From Thermoanaerobaculia bacterium (lineage in GTDB: Bacteria; Acidobacteriota; Thermoanaerobaculia; Gp7-AA8): a stretch of DNA of 56,911 bases. The notes below the pieces were generated by a model, which had not been told where the DNA came from, made no database searches, and saw only the letters and a list, made by a program, of their open reading frames with translations. The stretch is taken from positions 1 to 56,911 of the forward strand of contig JBPPMG010000529.1 in the NCBI GenBank assembly GCA_051305935.1, in the 5' to 3' direction. Of this stretch, positions 1 through 9,999 are shown one piece after another (the first letter of the stretch is position 1; each line of letters starts with the position of its first letter). The translations under genes and the position numbers were made by a program.

Positions 1-435
1 GCCATCACGAAAGGGGCGCTGCGCACTGCGCGCCTCGCGCTCGGCCGGAGCTACTTCGTCGACGGTCGCGTCGCCACGGGACGCCGGCTCGGGCGACGCC
101 TGGGCTTCCCGACCGTGAACCTCGATCCTTACAACGACCTCTTCCCCGGCTCGGGCGTGTACGTGACTACCTGCCGGTTCGACTCGTTCTCGCGTGGCTT
201 CGAGAGTGTCACGAATATCGGCGTGCGCCCCACGCTGTACGAGAACTACGCCGTGACGATCGAGAGCCACATCCTCGATTTCGACTCGAACGTCTACGAG
301 GACGAGGTTCGCGTCTACTTTCATCAGCTGCTCCGCAGGGAACGCCGATTCCAGTCTGCGCTCGAGCTCACCAACCAGATCCGGCGCGACATCGAGCAGA
401 CGAGGCTCTGGTTCCTCCGCCATCCCGGTCTCTAG
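1..435 (+). CDS. ribF: Bifunctional riboflavin kinase/FAD synthetase, C-terminal (riboflavin kinase) part; 5' end outside window
   Basis: Frame 1 is open from base 1 (AITKGALRTARLALGRSYFVDGRVATGRRLGRRLGFPTVNL...) and runs into the listed 115..435 ORF. GFPTVNL, NIGVRPT and ESHILDF..VYEDEVRVYF..LRRERRF fit the riboflavin-kinase module of RibF. Confidence 0.85.
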   Translation, partial: AITKGALRTARLALGRSYFVDGRVATGRRLGRRLGFPTVNLDPYNDLFPGSGVYVTTCRFDSFSRGFESVTNIGVRPTLYENYAVTIESHILDFDSNVYEDEVRVYFHQLLRRERRFQSALELTNQIRRDIEQTRLWFLRHPGL

Positions 436-487
436 GCGACGCGAATCGGGCCGAACCGGGTACAATGCGCCAGCGAAAAGCGACCGC

Positions 488-2668
488 ATGAAGCTACGAA
501 ACGCCCTCAGCTACGTTCTCGCCTTGTCCGTCGCCCTTCCTCTCTTCGCGCAGGTCAATCCCAACCCCGACGTCGAGCGAGCCTACAAGGAAGACACGAA
601 GTTCAAGTTCGACTTCTCCAGCACGGGCAAAGGGGGCAGGGTCAAGTGGTCGGCCTTGCACCAGGAGCTCGTCAAGGACGAGTACGCGATCCTCGAAGGC
701 AACGTCGTGGTCGACTACCAGGGCGTCAAGCTGAGCGCCGACCGGGTCACGGTGAACCTTCGGACCAAGGACGCCGACGCGCAGGGCAACGTAATCCTCG
801 ACCAGGGGCCTAACCGGCTCTCCGCCGAGCGAGTCATCTTCAATCTCGACAGCAGGACCGGCACCCTTTTCAATGCGCGCGCCTCGTTCGAGCCCTCGAT
901 TCACTTCTCCGGGGCGAAGATCGAGAAACTGGACGAGGACACCTTTCGCCTCACGGACGGCGTCTTCACTTCCTGCGACATCGACAACCCGGCGTGGTCG
1001 TTCCGCGTGTCGACCGGGGTCGTGAGCATCGACGACTACGCGCGGCTGAAAAATCTGTCGTTTCGCGCGAAGAAGCTGCCTCTCTTCTGGACTCCCTACA
1101 TCGTCTGGCCTACCAAGACGGACCGCTCGCGCGGTTTCCTGATCCCGAAGTTCGGCTCGTCCGACCGCTACGGCACGCACGTGGGGATGTCGTATTTCAT
1201 TCCTCACGGGGATTGGGCCGACACCACGCTGCAGGGCGACTATTACAGCGACGGCCTCCAGGGATTGGGGATCGACTCGCGCTACGTGCCATCCGAGGCG
1301 ACCGCGGGGCGCTTTCAGGGTTACATCGTCAACGACCCCGACGCGGACTTCGACGGCACCGACTCGCTCAAGTGGAAGTACTCCTACAAGCACACCCAGG
1401 AAGCTCTCCCTGGGGGGTTTCGCGGGGTCGTCGACGTCACCGACTTCTCGGATCTCGAGTTCTTCCGACGCTACGACGACGACTTCGAGATCAACACGAT
1501 CTCGAACATCTACTCGTCCGCCTACCTGACGAAAAATGCCGGTACCTACTCACTCAACATCAAGGCGGACAGGCGCGAACAGTTGACGGGCAGCGGCTCG
1601 CAGATCTACGAGCAGCTCCCGTCGGTCCAGTACCGCATTTATCCGAATCGAATCGGCACGACCCCGCTCTACTACGCTCTCGAATCGTCGGGCGGCTACC
1701 TCCGCTCCAACGACGCCGACTACTTCCGCGGCGACGTTTTCCCCACGCTCTCACTGCAGCTCAGGACTCCGCTCTGGTTCTCCGTGAAGCCCTCGGTGCT
1801 CGCGCGGTACACCTACTACACGCAGAGCCGGGACGAGACCACCGGCGCGGTGATCGACGAAGGCGTGGAACGAGTCTACGGGCAGGCCCTCGTCGATTTC
1901 GTCGGGCCGTCGTTCTCCCGCATCTACGACGGCGACCTCGGCGGCTTCGTGAAGTTCAAGCACGTGATCGAGCCTCGCGTGCGCTACACCCATACGACCG
2001 ATGCCGAGAACCAGAACCGCGTCATCCGGTTCGACACGGTCGATTCGCCCTCGCTCCCGATCGTCGACGACTTCGTCGAGTACTCGCTCGTACAGCGCAT
2101 CATCGCGAAGAAGGGAGGCGAAGGTGCCGCGGCTCGCGAGATCCTGAGCCTGACGGTCAAACAGTCGACCTCGCTCTCGGGGCCGTTCGATCCCAACGCG
2201 CAGGAGCCGACCAAGTTCTCGCCGATCACGCTCAGTCTCGTCTCGAACCCGAGCCAGAACGTCTCGTTCGACGCCAGCGCTCTCGTTGGAAACGAGAGCC
2301 GTGAAGTCGAGCAGACCAGCCTCTCGATGAACCTCCAGGGGGCGCGCGCCTACCTCGCGCTCCGGTGGTTCGCGACGTTCGAGAATCCTCAGCGCACGAC
2401 GTTTGACTCGAGCCAGATTCAGATTCGGGGCGGACTCCCCTTCCTCAGGGACCGGCTGCGGGGAGACATCCAGGTGAGCTACGACGCCGAACGCGAGGAT
2501 TTTCTCGAACAGCGTTACCTCCTCGGCTACTTCGGCTCCTGCTGGGGTGTCCGCGGGGAGCTCCGCGACATCACCGTGCCGGTGCCGACGAAGGAGTACG
2601 TCATCTCGTTCAGCCTCCAGAATGTCGGCACGCTGCTCGACTTCAAGGCCTCCGCGGACGCGTTCTGA
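488..2668 (+). CDS. lptD: LPS-assembly outer-membrane protein LptD-like (OstA N-terminal domain plus beta-barrel)
   Basis: ATG at 488. Signal peptide (ALSVALPLFAQ). OstA-like N-terminal segment (ILEGNVVVDYQGVKLSADRVTVNL..AQGNVILDQGPNRLSAERVIFNL). Long Tyr/Gly/Ser-rich beta-strand region ending in an aromatic residue (..ASADAF). Confidence 0.7.
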   Translation: MKLRNALSYVLALSVALPLFAQVNPNPDVERAYKEDTKFKFDFSSTGKGGRVKWSALHQELVKDEYAILEGNVVVDYQGVKLSADRVTVNLRTKDADAQGNVILDQGPNRLSAERVIFNLDSRTGTLFNARASFEPSIHFSGAKIEKLDEDTFRLTDGVFTSCDIDNPAWSFRVSTGVVSIDDYARLKNLSFRAKKLPLFWTPYIVWPTKTDRSRGFLIPKFGSSDRYGTHVGMSYFIPHGDWADTTLQGDYYSDGLQGLGIDSRYVPSEATAGRFQGYIVNDPDADFDGTDSLKWKYSYKHTQEALPGGFRGVVDVTDFSDLEFFRRYDDDFEINTISNIYSSAYLTKNAGTYSLNIKADRREQLTGSGSQIYEQLPSVQYRIYPNRIGTTPLYYALESSGGYLRSNDADYFRGDVFPTLSLQLRTPLWFSVKPSVLARYTYYTQSRDETTGAVIDEGVERVYGQALVDFVGPSFSRIYDGDLGGFVKFKHVIEPRVRYTHTTDAENQNRVIRFDTVDSPSLPIVDDFVEYSLVQRIIAKKGGEGAAAREILSLTVKQSTSLSGPFDPNAQEPTKFSPITLSLVSNPSQNVSFDASALVGNESREVEQTSLSMNLQGARAYLALRWFATFENPQRTTFDSSQIQIRGGLPFLRDRLRGDIQVSYDAEREDFLEQRYLLGYFGSCWGVRGELRDITVPVPTKEYVISFSLQNVGTLLDFKASADAF

Positions 2669-2767
2669 CGATCGGAAACTGCCGGCCGAGCTTGACTCCC
2701 CGCTGACCAGAACACAGAATCCGACTCCTGCCCGGCGAGGGCACAACTCCACCATCCGAGGTCGCGC

Positions 2768-3853
2768 ATGGATCGTTCGAAACTGAAGGGGCTCATCCTT
2801 TCCGGGGGCAAGGGGACGCGGATGCGCCCTCTCACCTATACGTCCGCGAAGCAGCTGATCCCTGTCGCGAACAAGCCGGTGCTCTTCTTCGGCATCGAGG
2901 CGATGGTCGAGGCGGGAATCGAGGAGATCGCGATCATCGTCTCGCCCGAGACGGGAAGCGAGATCCGAAACGCGGCCGGCGACGGCTCGCAGTTCGGTGC
3001 GAAGATCACCTACATCGATCAGGACCAGCCGCGCGGACTCGCGCACGCGGTGTTGATCGCCGAGCCGGTGATCGGCGACTGCCCCTTCGTGATGTACCTC
3101 GGCGACAACCTGCTTCAGCACGGGATCAAACCGCTCGTCGACGAGTTCAAGCAACTCGACTGCAACTGCGAGATCCTGCTCACCCGCGTCTCGAACCCGT
3201 CGCAGTTCGGAGTCGCCGAGCTCGATGCGGAGGGGAAGGTTCACCGTCTCACCGAGAAGCCGAAGGAGCCGAAGTCCGATCTCGCCCTCGTCGGCGTCTA
3301 CATGTTCGACAAGAACATCTTCCGCGCGGTGCGCGAGATCAAGCCCTCGTGGCGGAACGAGCTCGAGATCACCGACGCGATCCAGTGGCTCGTCGACCAG
3401 AAGCTGACGGTCCACCCGCACGTGGTCAAGGGCTGGTGGAAGGACACCGGCAAGATCGAGGACATGCTCGAGGCGAACCGCACGGTCCTCGACACCTTCG
3501 AGCGCGACCTCCGCGGCGACACGGACACTTCCAGCAGCGTGGAAGGGAAGGTCGTGGTCGAAGACGGGGCCCGGATTTCCGACTCGGTCATCCGTGGTCC
3601 GGTGATCATCGGCGCAAACGCGCGCATCGAACATGCGTTCATCGGCCCGTACACGTCGGTCGGCTCGAACTGCGTCATCAGCCACGCGGAGATCGAGAAC
3701 TCCATCGTCCTCGAGAACTCGTCGATCAGCCACGTCGAAGGGCGGATCGAGGCGAGCCTGATCGGCCGCAGCGTGAAGATAGGTCGCACGAAGCGAAAGC
3801 CCGTCGCCTACCGTTTCAATCTCGGCGACGGCAGTGAGGTCGGAATTCTCTAG
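2768..3853 (+). CDS. Glucose-1-phosphate thymidylyl/nucleotidyl-transferase, long form with C-terminal left-handed beta-helix
   Basis: GGKGTRMRPLTYTSAKQLIPV matches the GxGTRxxPxT sugar-nucleotidyltransferase signature. The C-terminus has hexapeptide-like repeats (IIGANARIEHAFIGPYTSVGSNCVISHAEIENSIVLENSSI). ATG at 2768. Confidence 0.8.
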   Translation: MDRSKLKGLILSGGKGTRMRPLTYTSAKQLIPVANKPVLFFGIEAMVEAGIEEIAIIVSPETGSEIRNAAGDGSQFGAKITYIDQDQPRGLAHAVLIAEPVIGDCPFVMYLGDNLLQHGIKPLVDEFKQLDCNCEILLTRVSNPSQFGVAELDAEGKVHRLTEKPKEPKSDLALVGVYMFDKNIFRAVREIKPSWRNELEITDAIQWLVDQKLTVHPHVVKGWWKDTGKIEDMLEANRTVLDTFERDLRGDTDTSSSVEGKVVVEDGARISDSVIRGPVIIGANARIEHAFIGPYTSVGSNCVISHAEIENSIVLENSSISHVEGRIEASLIGRSVKIGRTKRKPVAYRFNLGDGSEVGIL

Positions 3854-3861
3854 GCCGCCGC

Positions 3862-4605
3862 TTGCGTGCGACCACGCGCGGCGATCTGCTATTCTCGCGG
3901 CTCGTGCCGAACGTCTACCAGTTCAAGGACTTCGCGGGGAGCAGCCACCGCATCCTGATCGACATGATCCGGCGGAGCGAAGTCCGGGGGAAGCTCCTCG
4001 ATCTCGGCGCCGCGGGTGGCGAGCTCTGCGAGGCGATTCGCGACCGCTTCGCCACCACGATCGCGTTCGAGTTCGACGCCGGGCGCATCCCGCAGCTCCG
4101 GCGACGATTCGACCAGGGAGTCATCGCCGACCTCGAGAGAATCGAGAGGCTCCCGTCCAATTGCGACGCAATCCTGCTCGCCGACGTGATCGAGCACCTG
4201 CGCGACCCGGCGGTACTGCTGCGACTCGTGCACGCGTCGCTGAATCCGGGAGGCAGGGTCTTCATTTCCGTGCCTAACATCGCGAACGTCACGATCCGCA
4301 TCGGGCTCCTCTTCGGGTTCTTCATCTATCGTGACCGCGGAATCCTCGATTCGACGCACCTTCGCTTCTACACGATGCAGTCGCTGCGAAACGAGGTCGA
4401 AGGCGCGGGGTTCCAGATCGAGGAGCTTCGCGGCTCCGCCGTGCCGATCAGGCTCATTCTCGGGAACCTGCTTCCCCTGCCGCTGATCCGGTTTGGCGAG
4501 GCGATCCTCGCGCCGCTCACCCAGCTATGGAAGTCGCTCCTCGCCTACCAGCTCGTCATCGTGGCGACACCGCGGTCCGGCACCGTCAGCGCGAACGATC
4601 GATAG
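3862..4605 (+). CDS. Class I SAM-dependent methyltransferase
   Basis: LLDLGAAGGEL (motif I), ILLADVIEHLRDP and LNPGGRVFISVPN are typical of Methyltransf_11/23-type enzymes. The listed start is TTG at 3862; a GTG at 3904 is an alternative, so the start is uncertain. Confidence 0.7.
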   Translation: MRATTRGDLLFSRLVPNVYQFKDFAGSSHRILIDMIRRSEVRGKLLDLGAAGGELCEAIRDRFATTIAFEFDAGRIPQLRRRFDQGVIADLERIERLPSNCDAILLADVIEHLRDPAVLLRLVHASLNPGGRVFISVPNIANVTIRIGLLFGFFIYRDRGILDSTHLRFYTMQSLRNEVEGAGFQIEELRGSAVPIRLILGNLLPLPLIRFGEAILAPLTQLWKSLLAYQLVIVATPRSGTVSANDR

Positions 4606-7207
4606 CCGCGCGTCGACGCTCCACCCCCGATGCGACAACGACCAGAAGAACAGCGCATCCCGAGAGCGGCCACCACCCCCGCCCGATCCGCCGCTCGAAC
4701 ACGACACGATGCTCGCCGGCAGGAACGAGGGCTCCCGCGAAGATCGAGTTGATCGCGAGCGCGCGATGCCGTCTGCCGTCGACGAGCACGCGCAGCTCGG
4801 GCGTGAGCTTCTCCGACGAGTTCAAGAGGAAGGGCGCGTCGGAGCGAGTGGTGAGCTCGTAACCTCCATCAGATCGTCCGCTCAGCTCGACCTTCACGCG
4901 GCGATGCGTGGCCGGAACAGTTGCCAGGCCTCGAACGTCGAACGGGACACTCCCGGCGAAGTAGGTCTGTCGCGCGAAATCGAGCGAGTCTTCCGCGAGA
5001 AACTCCTCGCGGCCGAGGCTGGAAACTTCCCAGGTCGCCCAGAATCGCGGCAGCGCGGCGAGGTTTCGAAAGAGCCTCCCGTCCTTGAACGAGCGCTCGA
5101 GGACCAGTGGCCGCTTCACTTTCCCCCACGAAAGCCGCTCCGGGCCTCCCCCCTCGACTCCGGAGAGCAGGTTGATCCAGACTCCATTCGCCTTCAGCGA
5201 CAACGAAAAGTTCCGGCTCTCCCCGGCCCGTGGGCGAACCGGGAGGTGAAGGATTGGCATCCGGGCAAGCTCGGCGGCCGTATACGTCGCTTCGAAGACG
5301 ACCTTGCCCGTATCGATCGCGACGAGCCGGACGTCGAGCCCGGGCGTCTCTCCCGCGAAGCTTCTGAAGTCGAACGGGATCGCGATCGCCCACACGCCAT
5401 CCTCGTCGATTCTCAGTTCCCGCTCGAGAGAGTCTCCCGATGCTAGCGGCAGCGAGGCCGCCGGCTTCTCGACCCACTCGGTACGATCCTGGATCAGGTA
5501 CCTGAGGATGTCGATCGAAGGGGGCTCGAGGATGAATCGGGTGTTGAGCAAGGGAAGCACCGGATCGTCGAGATCCATCCGAAGACTATTGAACGTGATC
5601 ACCGTCGACTGGTCGACGCTCTGCGGGTCGATTCGTCTCAGCAGGTCGCGATACGCGCGTTCCGCTCCCCAGTGGGCGCGAATGTCTTCGAGCCGCGCCA
5701 GCTGCGCGGAGTTCGGCATGAGGTAGAGAAACGTCGGCGCGATCCGGAATGGCCCGGGCTGGGCGCGCAGATACTCGATCGTCTTCGACTCCGGCAGCTC
5801 CGCCACACTCAGCGGAATGTGCGGATGGAACCAGGCAGCGAACAAGGCGAGGTCGGACGCGAGGGCGAGGGCGATCGCAACCGCGACACGCGGGAGAATC
5901 CGAAGCTTCCCGCCCGCCGCCATCCTGCGCAGCCGCGAGTCGAGCAGCGAGAATCCTGCAGCCGCGAGAAAGGCGATCGGAACCGGCAGCAGCACGCGAA
6001 GCCTCACGAGCGGAGAGAACTTGAGGCCCGGAATCTCCGCCACGAGCCTCCCCGCGGGGGGATAGAACATCAGCGCCAGCAGAACGGCCGCCGCCAATGC
6101 GAAAAACCAGCGAATGGGAAGCCCTCGCCGGGCAAGCCCAATCGCCGCGAGCGCGAGCGTCACGATTCCAAGGTAGACCGTCGACTCGACGAAGTTGTTC
6201 AGCGGCCCGAGCGCGGAGTCGCCTACCCAGGAGCGCGCCACGGGATCGCCCAGCCAATAGGGCTGAACGAACGAGCGCAGGTGCACAAGCGGAAAGAAGA
6301 GCGTCGAGCTCGCGCCGGAGCGCATCTCGAGATAGCCCGTACGCGTCAGAAAGCCGATGAACGGATCGAGGAACGGCGCCGCAATTGCGAGAGACGCGAC
6401 GCCCGCCTGCACACATTTCACGAGCTCACGCCGCGGCAGAGCTCGGAATCGGAGAAGCGAGACCGCTAGATACGCACCTCCGAAGTAGAAGCCGTAGGCG
6501 ATGGTCGCGGGATAGCCGCTCAGGAGAAAACAGACGCCGAGCACGACGAGCCAGAGAATGCTGTTCCGTTTGCCGCGCGCCATCCTCGCGATCGCCCAGA
6601 GGAGCGCGGGGTAGAGCGCGGTCGCGTTCGTTCCCTGCCAGAGCCACCAGACCGCGATCGGGCCCGCCACTGCCAGTGCGATTCCCCCGACGGCGGATGC
6701 CCTCTTCCCGAGCCGCTCCTCACGCATCCAGAGGTACGCGAACCAGAAGGCCACCAGCAGTTTGAGCAGAACGATTCCGGTGTAGCTCCACTGCAGCGGC
6801 AACAGCAGCGCGGGAAGGAGCACGAATGGCGAGAGCACGGCGGACGCGGCCGAGCCCGTGCCAGGTATGCCGCCGCCCACGTGACGATTCCAGTGAAACG
6901 CCTCGAAGTCGCGCACGAGCGAGACGAGCGAGAAATACGAGAGCGGCGGATCGTGAACGAGCTGGTTCTGCGCGCGAACCGACGCCAGCGACATCCACGG
7001 GTCGTAGTGGTAGAAGACGTCGTTCGGCGAAAGCACCCGGAGCGACGTAAAGGTCGGGAGGAAGAGAACGAGGAGCACGACACCGATCAGCCCGAAGGCG
7101 AGACGGTGCTTCCGCGTTCCGCGGCGAATCCGCCGCAAGGCGCGCCGTGCCGCGCCATCGGGGCCGCGGCCTGCTGTCGTCGTGCTCTGCTCGGGGAGTT
7201 CGGCCAT
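4586..7207 (-). CDS. Large polytopic membrane protein, GT-C/YfhO-like (putative glycosyltransferase), with C-terminal extracytoplasmic domain
   Basis: 873-aa ORF with ATG at 7207. More than 10 hydrophobic helices in the N-terminal ~480 aa, a soluble ~350-aa domain and a final TM helix. It sits next to the nucleotidyltransferase and methyltransferase genes. The family assignment rests on architecture only. Confidence 0.5.
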   Translation of the reverse strand: MAELPEQSTTTAGRGPDGAARRALRRIRRGTRKHRLAFGLIGVVLLVLFLPTFTSLRVLSPNDVFYHYDPWMSLASVRAQNQLVHDPPLSYFSLVSLVRDFEAFHWNRHVGGGIPGTGSAASAVLSPFVLLPALLLPLQWSYTGIVLLKLLVAFWFAYLWMREERLGKRASAVGGIALAVAGPIAVWWLWQGTNATALYPALLWAIARMARGKRNSILWLVVLGVCFLLSGYPATIAYGFYFGGAYLAVSLLRFRALPRRELVKCVQAGVASLAIAAPFLDPFIGFLTRTGYLEMRSGASSTLFFPLVHLRSFVQPYWLGDPVARSWVGDSALGPLNNFVESTVYLGIVTLALAAIGLARRGLPIRWFFALAAAVLLALMFYPPAGRLVAEIPGLKFSPLVRLRVLLPVPIAFLAAAGFSLLDSRLRRMAAGGKLRILPRVAVAIALALASDLALFAAWFHPHIPLSVAELPESKTIEYLRAQPGPFRIAPTFLYLMPNSAQLARLEDIRAHWGAERAYRDLLRRIDPQSVDQSTVITFNSLRMDLDDPVLPLLNTRFILEPPSIDILRYLIQDRTEWVEKPAASLPLASGDSLERELRIDEDGVWAIAIPFDFRSFAGETPGLDVRLVAIDTGKVVFEATYTAAELARMPILHLPVRPRAGESRNFSLSLKANGVWINLLSGVEGGGPERLSWGKVKRPLVLERSFKDGRLFRNLAALPRFWATWEVSSLGREEFLAEDSLDFARQTYFAGSVPFDVRGLATVPATHRRVKVELSGRSDGGYELTTRSDAPFLLNSSEKLTPELRVLVDGRRHRALAINSIFAGALVPAGEHRVVFERRIGRGWWPLSGCAVLLVVVASGVERRRAAIDRSR

Positions 7208-7285
7208 GCACTCGGCGAAGGGGCGGGCCCCCGAAGCCTCACGAATGATACTTCCCGGGGTCGCGAGCCGCTACAATCGCGCCCC

Positions 7286-8209
7286 ATGAAAGCAAGGGTT
7301 CTGGTGGCGGCGGACGTCGATCCGGCATTCCACGAGCGGGCGGGCGACGACGAGCGCCTCGAGCTTCGCGTGCAGCCCGCCCATTCCGAGGCCGAGCTGG
7401 CCGCGACGATCGGAGACGCCGAGGTCCTCGTGACGCGGGCCCACAACCAGGTCACGCGCCGCGTAATCGAGAGTGGCAGCTCGCTGCGCGTCATCGCGCA
7501 GGGAACGAGCGGGCTCGACAACATCGACGCAGCGGCAGCCGAGGAGCACGGCGTCCGCATCATCGGCATCCCGGGCGAGAATGCCAACGCCGTCGCGGAG
7601 CTCGTGATCGGCTTCATGGTCTCGCTCACCCGGACCGTCGGCGTCTACGACCGAATGATGCGCAACGGCGAGTGGAGCCGCGGCGACTGCGCCACTCGAC
7701 GCGAGCTCCGCGGCTACCGCCTCGGCATCGTAGGCCTCGGTCGCGTCGGCGGAAGGCTTGCGAGGCTCTCCGCCGCGTTCGGCATGACGCCACGCGCGTA
7801 CGACCCGTACATCTCGATGGAGACGGCGCTCGAGCGGGGAGCACAGCTCGTGCCGACGCTCGACGAGCTCGTCGCTTCGAGCGACATCCTGACGATGCAC
7901 GTTCCGCTGACGTCGGAGACAACCCGCATGATCGATGGCACGGTCCTCGATCGGCTTCCCCCGCGCGCGATCGTGATCAACACCTGCCGCGGTCCCGTCG
8001 TGGATCTGCGTGACGCGCTCGCGCGGCTCGATGGCGAGCGACTCGCCGGATTCGCCGTCGACGTCTACGACGAGGAGCCACCGAAGGGCATCACGTGGCC
8101 CGACTCTCCTCGCCTGATCCTCACGCCCCACATCGCGGGGTGCAGCGGAGAGTCGAAGGCATCGATCGGCCGGTTGCTGTACGAGAAGATCTGTGAGGCG
8201 GTGTTCTGA
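7286..8209 (+). CDS. D-isomer-specific 2-hydroxyacid dehydrogenase (phosphoglycerate dehydrogenase-like)
   Basis: Start taken at ATG 7286 (MKARVLVAADV). NAD-binding GIVGLGRVGGRLARL. Catalytic-region motifs INTCRGPVVD and LTPHIAGCS. The upstream part of ORF 6881..8209 is antisense to the membrane-protein gene. Confidence 0.8.
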   Translation: MKARVLVAADVDPAFHERAGDDERLELRVQPAHSEAELAATIGDAEVLVTRAHNQVTRRVIESGSSLRVIAQGTSGLDNIDAAAAEEHGVRIIGIPGENANAVAELVIGFMVSLTRTVGVYDRMMRNGEWSRGDCATRRELRGYRLGIVGLGRVGGRLARLSAAFGMTPRAYDPYISMETALERGAQLVPTLDELVASSDILTMHVPLTSETTRMIDGTVLDRLPPRAIVINTCRGPVVDLRDALARLDGERLAGFAVDVYDEEPPKGITWPDSPRLILTPHIAGCSGESKASIGRLLYEKICEAVF

Positions 8210-8252
8210 GTCCTGAGTGCTGGGTCCTGAGGACTCAGGACTCAGGACTGAG
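8204..8252. repeat. Back-to-back inverted heptanucleotide arrays (TTCTGAG TCCTGAG TGCTGGG TCCTGAG | GACTCAG GACTCAG GACTGAG)
   Basis: Read directly. Four units are followed without spacer by three units of the complementary heptamer. The stop codons of both convergent genes (TGA 8207..8209, and TGA on the minus strand at 8235..8237) lie inside it. Confidence 0.85.
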
Positions 8253-9503
8253 TACCCGGCGTCCATCGCGCCAGACCGACGAGACGAGATTGACGCCGTA
8301 GTGGTAGACGAGATGGAAGTAGCTCGGAGCGTCGAGGATCGAAAAGTCGGCGTATTTGCCCGCCTCGATCGAGCCGGTCTCCCGCGCGAGCCCCAGAGAA
8401 AAGGCTCCGTTCAGCGTCGCCGCGGTGAGCGCTTCTTCCACCGTCATCTTCATTCGCAGGACCGCGAGCTGAACGACGATCTGCATCGACTCGGTCATCG
8501 ACGAGCCCGGATTGCAGTCGGTGGAAAGCGACACGATCGCGCCGTGCTCGATCATCTCACGCGCCGGCGCGTACCGGTTCGACATCAGGAAGAAACTCGT
8601 TCCCGGCAGCAGGTTCGCGACGGTGCTCGACGCGGCGAGCGCGCGGACTCCGCGCTCCGAAACGTGCATGAGGTGATCGGCGGAGGCGCAGCCCAGCTCG
8701 GCGGCGAGCGCGGCGCCGTCGGTGTCGCTCAGCTCGTCGGCGTGGATTCTCGGCGTCATCCCGAGCCGCGAGCCGGCCTCGAGCACGCGCCTCCCCTGCT
8801 CCCGCGTGAACACGCCTTCCTCCACGAACACGTCGCAGAATCGCGCGAGCTTCTCGCGCGCGACGGCCGGGAGGATCTCCTCGACGATCCGTCCGACCCA
8901 CGCGTCGCGTGAAGGCACGTCCTTCGGACACTCTGGAGGAAACTCGTGCGCGGCAAGACAAGTGGGCACGAGGCGCACTGGGGACTCGTCGGAAGCCGCG
9001 CGGATCGCGCGCAATTGCTTGAGCTCGTCGTCGAGGTTCAGCCCGTAGCCGCTCTTTGCCTCCGCCGTCGTCGTGCCGAAGCGGGACATGGTCCGGGCAC
9101 GACCGATGACGAGCGCCTGCAGCTCACCCTCCGAGGCCTCGCGGGTCGCGCGGACCGTCGAAGCGATGCCTCCGCCCGACGCGGCGATCTCCGCGTACGT
9201 CTCCCCGTCGATTCTCCGGTTGAATTCGGACTCGCGCGCGCCGGCGAACGGCAGATGCGTATGGGAGTCGACGAAGCCGGGAATCGCCGTGCCGCCGCGG
9301 CCGTCGATCTCGTCGCACGACGCCCGGAACTCGTCGGGAACGTCCGACTCCTCGCCGACCCAGGCGAAGCGACCGTCGCGGATCACGATCGCCGCGCGAG
9401 GCACCACGAGTAGGTTTCGCATCGCGCGACCACGCAACGGTGACGCGCCGAGCGGGGTCGCGACCTGCGCGAGATTCCGGACGAGAACGGGACGATCAGC
9501 CAT
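8235..9503 (-). CDS. hutI: Imidazolonepropionase
   Basis: 422 aa with ATG at 9503. Amidohydrolase metal motif DSHTHLPFAG, KSGYGL, HADEL, ADHL and STDCNPGSS, collinear with HutI. The last codons run into the heptamer array. Confidence 0.85.
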   Translation of the reverse strand: MADRPVLVRNLAQVATPLGASPLRGRAMRNLLVVPRAAIVIRDGRFAWVGEESDVPDEFRASCDEIDGRGGTAIPGFVDSHTHLPFAGARESEFNRRIDGETYAEIAASGGGIASTVRATREASEGELQALVIGRARTMSRFGTTTAEAKSGYGLNLDDELKQLRAIRAASDESPVRLVPTCLAAHEFPPECPKDVPSRDAWVGRIVEEILPAVAREKLARFCDVFVEEGVFTREQGRRVLEAGSRLGMTPRIHADELSDTDGAALAAELGCASADHLMHVSERGVRALAASSTVANLLPGTSFFLMSNRYAPAREMIEHGAIVSLSTDCNPGSSMTESMQIVVQLAVLRMKMTVEEALTAATLNGAFSLGLARETGSIEAGKYADFSILDAPSYFHLVYHYGVNLVSSVWRDGRRVLSPES

Positions 9504-9999
9504 CCTGGCGTTTCTTGTGCAACTGCGTCAGAGGAAGCTCCCCGGCCTCCCCTTCCGCGTCGAGGTCGATCATCTGCTGACAGGCCTCGATCAGATTCTG
9601 CATCCTGCGGCGCGCTCCCTTGCGCTCGAGCTTGAGATCCTGAATCAGCCGCTCGAGATCGCCCACGCGCGACATCGCCTGCGAGACGATCCGCTCGGAA
9701 AGGAGCTCGGCGTCCTTGACGATCAGCGAGGCTTCTTTGTGGGCATTCGCCTTCACATCCTCGGAGACCTTCTGGGCGGAGAGCAGCGTGTCCTTCAGCA
9801 TGCGTTCGCGCTCGGAGTGATCGAGCAGCTGCTCGCGCATCTGTGAGTTCTCCCGCGACAGGCGCTCGATCTCCTGCATCATCTGTTCGACTTCTTCCGC
9901 GACGAGGGAGAGATAAGCGCGAACCTCCCCTTCGTCAAAGCCTCGGAACGATTTCGCGAAGACCTGTTTCTGAATCTCGATCGGTGTCAGACGCTGCAT
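9496..9999 (-). CDS. divIVA: DivIVA-domain cell-division protein
   Basis: N-terminus LTPIEIQKQVFAKSFRGFDEGEVRAYL is the canonical DivIVA motif, followed by coiled coil. Overlaps the hutI start by 8 nt. Confidence 0.8.
   Translation of the reverse strand: MQRLTPIEIQKQVFAKSFRGFDEGEVRAYLSLVAEEVEQMMQEIERLSRENSQMREQLLDHSERERMLKDTLLSAQKVSEDVKANAHKEASLIVKDAELLSERIVSQAMSRVGDLERLIQDLKLERKGARRRMQNLIEACQQMIDLDAEGEAGELPLTQLHKKRQDG

Noticed and set aside
1751-3733. 660-aa ORF on the minus strand spanning the lptD 3' end and the nucleotidyltransferase gene
   Set aside because: It is antisense to two genes with strong family motifs. Its translation is Arg/Asp/Leu/Val/Glu-rich low complexity, typical of open antisense frames in high-GC DNA, and it has no recognisable motif.
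6881-7285. 135-codon upstream extension of the 2-hydroxyacid dehydrogenase ORF
   Set aside because: It is antisense to the N-terminus of the large membrane protein and is Arg/Glu-rich. The dehydrogenase family normally starts at the MKxxVLV motif found at 7286.
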